Shown: positions 18,118-24,000 of the stretch, in pieces | Layout of the letters: every line of letters starts with the position of its first letter | Position numbering within the stretch: the stretch's first letter is position 1 | Assembly (NCBI GenBank): GCA_036498445.1 | Contig: DASYFL010000064.1 | Coordinates: forward strand, 36,565 to 60,564 | Direction of reading: 5' to 3' | From: Steroidobacteraceae bacterium | GTDB taxonomy: Bacteria; Pseudomonadota; Gammaproteobacteria; Steroidobacterales; Steroidobacteraceae | DNA: 24,000 bases | Program-made: the position numbers and the translations under genes | Notes under the pieces: generated by a model | The model's input: only the letters and a program-made list of their open reading frames with translations | Databases searched by the model: none | Told to the model about the DNA's origin: nothing

Positions 18118-18255
18118 GCGAGATGAGCTGTGTCGGGAAGAGATTGCTCCGATGCAGGGAGGATAACAGGGTTGGCTACGAGGACGACGCGCTCCGCGGC
18201 GGGCTTAGGATAAGCTGGCGCCATGGTATGAAGGATGGATTGAAGGCGAGAGCTC

Positions 18256-18759
18256 ATGTGCACGGATAGGGCGCGATGTAGCTGGGTGGCGTTCGCCGGG
18301 GCGGTGATCCTGGCAGGAGCGGGGAGCGGCGCAATTCGCACCGCCTGCGCACGCAACGGGGGCGGCGGTGCAGGTGAGGCCGGCACGGCAACTCATCAGC
18401 ACCTCGACGCACGCTTCGCGCACAATCGGTATTACTACGACCGCGGCTACGCGGTACACCGGCCTCCCGCCGGCGGGGTCTCAGACCTTATCGGCCACGA
18501 GGGCGAGCGCTACTACTTCCAAGGGGGCAACTGGTACCGCTGGAGAGGCGACTGGTACCGAAGCTGGGGCGGGGCGTGGATAGTTGTCGATGCTCCGAGG
18601 GGTGTGTTGGTTCCCGTGCTGCCGCCTCACTACACGATCCTCCGGTCGAACGGAACTCCGTATTACTACGCAAACGACACCTATTATGTGTCGGACCCGG
18701 AACGAAACGAGTACGTCGTCGTTGCTCCGCCGCAGGGACTGGCGGCGGCACAAGACTAG
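18256..18759 (+). CDS. Exported Tyr/Trp/Gly-rich protein of unknown function (resembles DUF6515-type proteins)
   Basis: 167-aa ORF with a hydrophobic N-terminus (WVAFAGAVILAGAGSG). It contains repeated aromatic strings: NRYYYDRGY, YYFQGGNWYRWRGDWYRSWGGAW, TPYYYANDTYYV. The family assignment is from memory only. Confidence 0.5.
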   Translation: MCTDRARCSWVAFAGAVILAGAGSGAIRTACARNGGGGAGEAGTATHQHLDARFAHNRYYYDRGYAVHRPPAGGVSDLIGHEGERYYFQGGNWYRWRGDWYRSWGGAWIVVDAPRGVLVPVLPPHYTILRSNGTPYYYANDTYYVSDPERNEYVVVAPPQGLAAAQD

Positions 18760-18959
18760 AAGCGCTCCTCATACGAGCTCCTCGCGCTGCTCCGTGTCGA
18801 AGGACCCGTGCGTGCGCACTTCGTACCGCCAGCGTCGTACAGTGAGCGAAGCATGGCAGCACTGAATAACCGCCGCGAGGTTGACAAACGCATATACAGG
18901 CCGCGCGTGGCTGTATGTACTGCATGGACGGGCCATTGATCCCTGCATACGCTCTGCCA

Positions 18960-19241
18960 ATGGCCGAGCCCTTCGTCCTCCGCGAGCGCTGGTTTGATGT
19001 GTCTTTGGCGGAGTTCGAGGCATTCTTGCGGGATTATCCGCGGCCGCTCGAGGCGCGTCCCCCGCTCAATCAGAAGGCCAACTACCGCGAGTGGATAGAT
19101 CCGAGCCTGGGAGCATGGCCCGGAAACGCCGTAGGGAAGTTTTGGAAGCGTGCAGCATGTCTCGGCTACCAAATCCGCCTCGACCTGGTGCTCAAGGTGT
19201 CAGCGCAGGAGCACAGAACTTGTCCATGGTGTGCTGATTAG
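18960..19241 (+). CDS. Hypothetical protein (orphan)
   Basis: Internal ATG of track ORF 18915..19241, beginning MAEPFVLRERWFDVSLAEFEAFLRDYPRPLEARPPLNQKANYREWIDPSLGAWPGN... The composition looks protein-like. I see no recognisable family and no clear Shine-Dalgarno. Confidence 0.3.
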   Translation: MAEPFVLRERWFDVSLAEFEAFLRDYPRPLEARPPLNQKANYREWIDPSLGAWPGNAVGKFWKRAACLGYQIRLDLVLKVSAQEHRTCPWCAD

Positions 19242-19465
19242 TCTCGCTTAATCTGCAACCGCACAAATTCCTGCGCGGTCTTGAGCGTCACCCGCGCGTT
19301 TCTGAGGTCGGGGCCGAGCCGCACTCCGATCACGCATGGGGTCATCTTATTTGCGCGCAAACCAACTGAGGTGTCGGTCTAGTCTGACGCTGCGCACGGC
19401 ATTTTCTCCGAAGTGTTGTCCGACAAGCGGTGCTGCCACTTGCTACGAAGTTAACAGGATCGTTA

Positions 19466-19489
19466 TTCAGCGCTGGCGTTCAGCCTGAA
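19466..19489. promoter_or_regulatory. Two adjacent palindromic TTCAGC-containing sites (TTCAGCGCTG ... TTCAGCCTGAA) upstream of the 91-aa ORF
   Basis: Read directly. CAGCGCTG is an 8-bp palindrome and TTCAG-C-CTGAA is an 11-bp palindrome, lying 32-55 nt upstream of ATG 19521. Short palindromes are common by chance, so this is only a candidate operator. Confidence 0.15.
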
Positions 19490-19520
19490 TTCAACTAGCG
19501 GCACGCAGCATGTCGTACGT

Positions 19521-19796
19521 ATGCCCACCGAGCCAGTACTACCCGAGAGCGAGCTCCGCGCTCGTGTCCTGCAGCGCATCGATGACGGCCGATTGCCGCT
19601 CGCGGTGTCGACCCACATCGATGCAGGTTATGGCGCCGGAGCTCAATGTGATCTGTGCGATCAATCGATCGCATCAGACAAGATCGAGTATGACGTCACT
19701 GATCCCCGCGGCGGCAGACGTCTGCACTTTCATCTCGCCTGTCACCTGGCCTGGCAGCGGGAGTGCGCGCGACGGCTGGCTGCGAATGCTGAATAA
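19521..19796 (+). CDS. Small hypothetical protein with a possible Zn-binding CxxC...HxHxxCH arrangement
   Basis: 91-aa ORF beginning MPTEPVLPESELRARVLQRIDDGRLP. It continues ...AQCDLCDQSI...RLHFHLACHLAWQREC. There is no obvious Shine-Dalgarno and it sits in the low-G+C islet. Confidence 0.4.
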   Translation: MPTEPVLPESELRARVLQRIDDGRLPLAVSTHIDAGYGAGAQCDLCDQSIASDKIEYDVTDPRGGRRLHFHLACHLAWQRECARRLAANAE

Positions 19797-20071
19797 CTAC
19801 TGTCCCAGTAAGAATTGCCCGTGGCCGGCCAGCGCGTGTTCCGGTCCGCCTGCATCGTAAGCGTAGGCATATTCGCAACGGACTTAAGCGCAGATGTCTT
19901 GCCGTGCGGAAACCAACTGTATGGCCGCTCGGAAACGGGACATTTTCTTACAGCATCGTGGATGTCACCGGATACGAGCAGAGGTAGGCTTTTGAGGTCT
20001 CAATGGATGCTGACGGTCGTCTGCGAGACCCCTATCTCCCATGGAAGGGAGAGCGGCAAGACCCAACCGTT

Positions 20072-20122
20072 CGAAGCCCCGGCCATCCTGGACCATAGGG
20101 ATCGCCGGGGTTTCGTTATCTT
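20072..20122 (+). terminator. Strong hairpin followed by a U-rich tail (candidate intrinsic terminator or structured RNA)
   Basis: CCCCGGC-c-ATCC (20077-20088), a 10-nt loop, then GGAT-c-GCCGGGG (20099-20110), then TTTCGTTATCTT. The flanking cgaag and tttcg can extend the stem. The reverse-strand version has no U-tract. Confidence 0.4.
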
Positions 20123-20368
20123 CGCGGCAGGTGACTTAGTCCCGGGCTTGGCTTCGTGGAACAGGGCGCGCGCGTTCCCGGGCGCATTTTGGTCACATTC
20201 GCTCTGTACCCTCTCTCCGGCACGATCAGCCATTCCCATGGGCTCCGCAGGGATCGGTCGCCTTTCAGCCGGCGCGTGATGGACCACCGTGGAGTGGCTG
20301 ATCGTTGCCCAATCTGTGTACACACGATCCGACACGCGCAGTGCACTGATGCGGATTGGATTGGAGTC

Positions 20369-20740
20369 CTATGCGGCGGCTGTGGAATGCTCAACGGGCC
20401 TGAACGTCGGTCCGCTCGGATCGGTTACCAAGTGCAATTTGCGCGTGAAGAATCCCTCGGAAGCATGATCCGGACCGATATCGACAAGGCCGACATCTGA
20501 TAATGGCCCCGCGAAGAGCGCTTCGATCCGCGCGCGCGAGGCGGGATCGAGTGCATCGAACGCGCCATTCACCACGAGCCATTGTGGCCGCCGCAGACAG
20601 ACCCGCGCGAAGGCGAGCCTCTGCTTTTCGTTTTCGTTCAAGCGTCGGTCCCAACGATCGGCGGTGTCTAGCAATGGCCGGAGGTGTCCCAAACCCACCT
20701 GCTCGAGCGCGGCGGGCGGCAGATCCGACCGCGGCCCCAA
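20369..20740 (-). pseudogene. Degenerate remnant of the ABC ATPase (NBD) domain, in a different frame from the transporter body
   Basis: Track ORF 20369..20740 starts at TTG. It reads ...AALEQVGLGHLRPLLDTADRWDRRLNENEKQRLAFARVCLRRPQWLVVNGAFDALDPASRARIEALF...VGLVDIGPDHASEGFFTRKLHLV. This is collinear with the C-terminal half of an NBD, but the signature (LSGGE/Q) reads LNENE, Walker B (hhhhDE) reads LVVNG, and the H-loop (GHR) reads GPD. Confidence 0.65.
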
Positions 20741-22047
20741 GGCCAGATGCCGATAACCGCGTTCATCAGGAAGCTTCCCCGGGCACCGCGTTCTCCGACG
20801 ACTAGAGTGCGTTCTCCCGGCCTGACCTCCACCTGCGCCTCGCTCAGTTTGATCGAGCTATCGGTTGCGGCAATAGAGAGGTCGTCAAGACGGATCGAGC
20901 GCTCCTGCGTTTCCTGCAGGTCGATACGATCGACAGACCGACCGAGGCCATCCATGGTCGCTACCGCATGCTGGAAACTGGCTACGCGCCGCCGTGTGGC
21001 ACTCCAGTCCGCAAGGATAGAAAAGTTGTCTACGAACCACCGTAGACAGCTCTGCACCTGGTTGAAGGCGCCGACGGCCACCATCAGCTGACCGAAGCTC
21101 ATTTTGCCCAGCAGGTAACTCGGTGATGCAACCAGAATCGGCGCCACGATCGTGAACCAACCATAGCCGGAAGTGACCCAGGTCAGCCGGGTCAGAGCAC
21201 CGACGGTGCGCCGGGTGACCTGCAGAACGTTTTCGAATACCCGCTCGAGTAGCAGTCTCTCGCCGGCTTCGCCGCCGTAAATAGTGATGCCCTCGATGTC
21301 TTCGTTGACGCGCACCAGCGCGAAGCGCAGTTCCGCCTCACGTGCATAACGCTCGGCGTTCAGGGCGACGAGTGGTCGACCGATACGCCAGCTCAGGAAC
21401 GAGGCCACCGCGGCGTAAAGCAGCGCGCACCACACCAGGTAGCCGGGCACCTGGATATGGCGGCCACGCCATGGCAGAACCATCTCCTGCGAGAGAAACC
21501 ACAGCACGCCGATGAAGGACAGCAGGAGTAACGTCGACTGCAGCAGACCAATGAGTAAGTCGGTGACCAGATCAGCCAGGTGCTGCGCATCCGCAGACAT
21601 CCGCTGGTCCGGGTTCGCTCCGATCGAACCTGCGTTCGCGAGACGAAACGCGCGCAGCGGCTTGAGCCACTGGTTGAGCATGTCGTGTACCAGCGACCTC
21701 CGCAACGTGAGCCTGGTGGTCTGATTGAGCCACACCTGCGCCACGTTCAGCGTCAACAATATCGCCGCCAACACAGCGAAGACGCCCAACTGCCGGATGA
21801 ATTCCGGCACATCTTTGTGGGTCAAGGCGTCGTAAAACGGCTGATTCCATGCGTTCAGTCGCACCTGCATGTGTGCGGTCGCTGCGATGACCATGAAGAC
21901 GCCCGCAGCCAGCATCAGCAGTCGCTTGCGCTCCGGGGACGACCAGTAAAGCGCGGCCGTCCGCCGTATCTCGGAGAACAGGCTTGCGTTCGCAATGGCA
22001 TCTGCCGCTGCGGCGGGAGCGGAGGTCTTGCTCAATGGTTCCGTCAT
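20668..22047 (-). CDS. SbmA/BacA-like (YddA-type, ABC_membrane_2) transporter transmembrane domain, ending in a degenerate Walker-A region
   Basis: Internal ATG 22047 (MTEPLSKTSAP...) of track ORF 20668..22314. Family-like strings are LYWSSPERKRLLMLAAGVFMVIA, LNAWNQPFYDAL, RRSLVHDMLNQWL, YAREAELRFALVRVNEDIEGITIYGGE and FGQLMVAVGAFNQVQSCLRWFVDNF. The tail reads VRPGERTLVVGERGARGSFLMNAVIGIWPWGRGRI and is followed by out-of-frame junk and a stop at 20668. Confidence 0.75.
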   Translation of the reverse strand: MTEPLSKTSAPAAAADAIANASLFSEIRRTAALYWSSPERKRLLMLAAGVFMVIAATAHMQVRLNAWNQPFYDALTHKDVPEFIRQLGVFAVLAAILLTLNVAQVWLNQTTRLTLRRSLVHDMLNQWLKPLRAFRLANAGSIGANPDQRMSADAQHLADLVTDLLIGLLQSTLLLLSFIGVLWFLSQEMVLPWRGRHIQVPGYLVWCALLYAAVASFLSWRIGRPLVALNAERYAREAELRFALVRVNEDIEGITIYGGEAGERLLLERVFENVLQVTRRTVGALTRLTWVTSGYGWFTIVAPILVASPSYLLGKMSFGQLMVAVGAFNQVQSCLRWFVDNFSILADWSATRRRVASFQHAVATMDGLGRSVDRIDLQETQERSIRLDDLSIAATDSSIKLSEAQVEVRPGERTLVVGERGARGSFLMNAVIGIWPWGRGRICRPPRSSRWVWDTSGHC

Positions 22048-22139
22048 GGCAGCACCTTCGGCCTGAGTCACTCCTGTCCTTGCTGCCAATATAGACGCAA
22101 GTGGTGAGACAATTTGCGAAAGCTTCGCTTTAAGCGGCG

Positions 22140-22167
22140 TTGGACATCGCCATCTCATCGATATAAA
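22140..22167 (+). promoter_or_regulatory. Candidate sigma70-type promoter for the PhnB-like gene (TTGGAC-N16-TATAAA)
   Basis: TTGGAC lies at 22140-22145 and TATAAA at 22162-22167, about 46 nt upstream of ATG 22213. The match is by eye only. Confidence 0.3.
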
Positions 22168-22189
22168 ACTCACGGATATAAAGCTCACG
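22160..22189. repeat. Tandem 15-bp direct repeat GATATAAAACTCACG / GATATAAAGCTCACG (14/15 identical)
   Basis: Read directly in the 165-bp divergent intergenic region between the ABC gene (start 22047, minus) and the PhnB-like gene (start 22213, plus). A partial third unit precedes it (ctcatc before, ctcacg after). Each unit contains a TATAAA. Confidence 0.8.
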
Positions 22190-22212
22190 CACAAGTCGAG
22201 AAAGGATATGCA

Positions 22213-22686
22213 ATGGCCAAGAACACGATCTGCCTTTGGTACGACAAGGAAGCCGAAGCTGCTGCCCGCTTCTACGCGGAGACCTTTCCGGACAGCGCGG
22301 TAGGCGCTGTGCACCGGGCGCCGGGTGACTACCCATCCGGCAAGGCCGGTGACGTGCTAGTAGTCGAATTCACAGTCGCGGGCATCCCCTGTATGGGTCT
22401 CAATGGCGGTCCCGCGTTCAAGCACAACGAAGCCTTCTCCTTCCAGATCGCCACCGACGATCAACAGGAGACCGACCGCTATTGGAATGCCATTGTTGGC
22501 AATGGCGGCCAGGAGAGCGAGTGCGGCTGGTGCAAGGACAGGTGGGGCATCTCCTGGCAGATCACGCCACGCGTGCTGACCGAGGCACTGGCTGCCGGCG
22601 GCAATGAAGGGAAGCGCGCATTTGAGGCGATGATGGGCATGAAGAAGATCGACATCGCTGCAATCAAGGCTGCGCGTCGCGGCTGA
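22213..22686 (+). CDS. VOC-superfamily protein, PhnB/YjdN-like (3-demethylubiquinone-9 3-methyltransferase-domain family)
   Basis: Internal ATG 22213 (AAAGGA lies 6 nt upstream) of track ORF 22114..22686. The protein reads MAKNTICLWYDKEAEAAARFYAETFPDS...VEFTVAGIPCMGLNGGPAFKHNEAFSFQIATDDQQETDRYWNAIVGNGGQESECGWCKDRWGISWQITP...MKKIDIAAIKAA. Confidence 0.85.
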   Translation: MAKNTICLWYDKEAEAAARFYAETFPDSAVGAVHRAPGDYPSGKAGDVLVVEFTVAGIPCMGLNGGPAFKHNEAFSFQIATDDQQETDRYWNAIVGNGGQESECGWCKDRWGISWQITPRVLTEALAAGGNEGKRAFEAMMGMKKIDIAAIKAARRG

Positions 22687-22741
22687 TGTCACGCGGCAGC
22701 ACTCCCCGGATCGCGGAGGCTTCATCTGAATTGAGGCAAGC

Positions 22742-23047
22742 ATGCCGAAACAGGTGCTCTTCATTCAGGGCGGTGGCGAAGGAGCGCACGCGATCGATGC
22801 GGATCTTGCCGCGAGTCTTGCGCGCCTGCTCGGAGGAGAGTTCGAGGTGCGCTATCCATTCATGCCGAATGAAGCGGCGCCAGCGTACCTCAATTGGAAA
22901 GCAGCGATTCTCGCAGAACTCCGCGCGCTCGGCGATGAAGCCTGTGTCGTCGCGCACTCGGTTGGCGGCGCGGTAGTTGTGCTGTTGCTCGCGGAGGCCG
23001 AGCCACCGCAACCGCTCGCCGGGCTCTTTTTAGTTGCGGCACCTTAC
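22742..23047 (+). pseudogene. Alpha/beta hydrolase (small ~190-aa serine-hydrolase family), 3'-truncated after about 100 codons
   Basis: ATG 22742 lies 5 nt after GAGG. The protein reads MPKQVLFIQGGGEGAHAIDADLAASLARLLGGEFEVRYPFMPNEAAPAYLNWKAAILAELRALGDEACVVAHSVGGAVVVLLLAE...LAGLFLVAAPY, including the nucleophile elbow (HSVGG). The rest of track ORF 22742..23239 is R/S/T/P-rich out-of-frame-type sequence, and the C-terminal Asp/His region is missing. Homology might persist weakly to about 23094 (SGDAGPPTAD). Confidence 0.5.
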
Positions 23048-23055
23048 ACATGTTC

Positions 23056-24000
23056 ATGCTCGGGCGACGCGGGCCCACCGACGGCGGACGCATCGCGCCG
23101 GTACGGTCGAGCTCCGCGCTCGTGGTGTCCTCGACCAACGCCAACCGCGAGCACAGCTACATCCAGCAGCCGCCGATCTCGGCGAGCGGGTTCAGCTCCC
23201 AGGCCTTCAACCCGCACTACCCGCATACTGAGCGGCTGACTGAAACCAAGGGTTGCGACGACTGCCACCTTTCAGCCGCGAACGACAACAATGCCATAAA
23301 CTTCATCGGCCACTACGCCTGGCTCGGCACCGGCGGCGGAGTCACCGGTGTGCAGGTGACCGAATGGGACGAGCCGCAGGCAGTGATCGGCAGTTACTTG
23401 CAGAAGTACGCCTACCCCGACGACTACCGACGCCACGAGGCGGTGCAGCGGCGCCTGCAGCACGCCCATCAGCACGCCGGCGGCGCCACCCGTTGCCTGC
23501 AACTGCGCGGTGAATACCTGTACGCCGCCGAGGGTGCGCGCGGCATGCAGGTGTACGACGTCGCCAGCATCGCCAACAAAGCCGTTAGCGAACCGATCCT
23601 CACCGCGCCCGCGAGCACGCTCGGGGAGCGCACACACATCGCTGCCCAGGACGCGAGCTGCGTCGCGCTGCCGACTAACCAACCCATCCACCCGCCGAGT
23701 AACGCCGGCACGCTGATGCGGCCCGACAACCTCGAGCAGCCGTTTCATCCGATCTACAACTACGCGCTGATCAGCGATCGCAAGGAAGGTCTGATCCTCA
23801 CCGACATCAACACGCTGGCGGACGGCAACCCGCGCAACAATGTGCTGCGCCGCGCAGTCACCTGGAACGCCGGCGGCGTCCTGAAGGGCGCGCGCTACCT
23901 GGTGGTCGGGGGGCACTACGTGTACGTCGCCGCAGACGCTGGCCTGGTCATACTTGACCTGGATGACCCGCTGCACGCACGCGTGGCGAGCATCGTGCCA
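23056..24000 (+). CDS. LVIVD-repeat (beta-propeller-type) protein with a CxxCH haem-binding motif; partial, runs off the right edge and may be 5'-truncated
   Basis: Absent from the track because it has no stop. Every printed line from 23041 reads open in frame 1. Sequence: ...NREHSYIQQPPISASGFSSQAFNPHYPHTERLTETKGCDDCHLSAANDNNAINFIG...RGEYLYAAEGARGMQVYDVASIANK...YALISDRKEGLILTDINTLADGNP...GHYVYVAADAGLVILDLDDPLHARV. The frame opens at 22939, and the first ATGs are at 23050 and 23056. No signal peptide follows either ATG. Confidence 0.6.
   Translation, partial: MLGRRGPTDGGRIAPVRSSSALVVSSTNANREHSYIQQPPISASGFSSQAFNPHYPHTERLTETKGCDDCHLSAANDNNAINFIGHYAWLGTGGGVTGVQVTEWDEPQAVIGSYLQKYAYPDDYRRHEAVQRRLQHAHQHAGGATRCLQLRGEYLYAAEGARGMQVYDVASIANKAVSEPILTAPASTLGERTHIAAQDASCVALPTNQPIHPPSNAGTLMRPDNLEQPFHPIYNYALISDRKEGLILTDINTLADGNPRNNVLRRAVTWNAGGVLKGARYLVVGGHYVYVAADAGLVILDLDDPLHARVASIVP

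Noticed and set aside
18118-18255. Looked for an SOS (LexA, CTGT-N8-ACAG-type) box upstream of the ligase
   Set aside because: No match is present in the divergent intergenic region. The only partial is GCAG-N8-ACAG.
20315-20324. Perfect 10-bp palindrome TGTGTACACA
   Set aside because: About 20 such palindromes are expected by chance in a window this size, and it has no positional context relative to a gene start.
19815-20335. ORFs 19815..20279 (+, 154 aa), 20000..20335 (-, 111 aa), 20116..20394 (-) and 20156..20500 (+) in the ORF-poor stretch
   Set aside because: They mutually overlap, lack a Shine-Dalgarno, and have no family resemblance or convincing protein-like composition. One would have to read straight through the strong hairpin. 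I treat the interval as non-coding or decayed pending expression data.
23272-23976. 234-aa minus-strand ORF
   Set aside because: It is an antisense shadow of the LVIVD/CxxCH frame, V/A/G/R/D-rich with no motifs. The plus-strand frame has clear repeat and haem motifs.
1-24000. Scanned for CRISPR repeats, tRNA/rRNA/tmRNA/RNase P hallmarks, IS terminal inverted repeats, and transposase, integrase, reverse-transcriptase or defence-type ORFs
   Set aside because: None was seen by eye. The only non-trivial DNA repeat I found is the 15-bp tandem at 22160-22189. A computational repeat and Rfam scan would be needed to make this negative result firm.

Overview
This is a 24-kb high-G+C chromosomal segment. 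Coding lines I hand-counted are about 63-68% G+C, falling to about 53-58% between roughly 19.2 and 20.4 kb. The organism looks diderm, because the window encodes an Omp85-type barrel, a second small beta-barrel OMP and many signal-peptide proteins. I cannot assign a taxon by eye. I can support about 24 protein-coding features. I found no rRNA, tRNA, CRISPR array, transposase, integrase or phage gene. Left to right, the content is: an Omp85/BamA-like OMP (partial), a PEBP/YbhB protein, an MscS-family channel, a periplasmic bicupin, a PH-domain membrane protein, a CmcJ-like oxidoreductase, an AhpD/CMD-family protein, a DUF2817/M14-like peptidase, an FrhB-like Fe-S flavoprotein, two uncharacterised envelope proteins, a di-haem DUF1111 oxidoreductase, a secreted amidase, a small OMP, an FAD monooxygenase, a convergent primase-polymerase and ATP-dependent ligase pair, a Tyr/Trp-rich secreted protein, a low-G+C islet of orphan small ORFs, an SbmA/BacA-type ABC transporter, a PhnB-like VOC protein, a truncated alpha/beta hydrolase, and a partial LVIVD-repeat/CxxCH protein. 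I do not see a convincing new multi-gene system such as a defence, secretion, BGC or mobile-element cassette. The most unusual observations are these. (1) The ABC transporter's ATPase domain has lost every catalytic motif and is frameshifted. (2) The Prim-Pol and ligase are split and convergent, with no Ku or phosphoesterase nearby and a 46-nt 3' overlap. (3) Two truncated genes meet abruptly near 23.05-23.1 kb. (4) The low-G+C orphan islet contains a strong unassigned hairpin. (5) A tandem 15-bp repeat sits in a divergent promoter. Functional calls come from reading the translated motifs by eye, and no database search was run.
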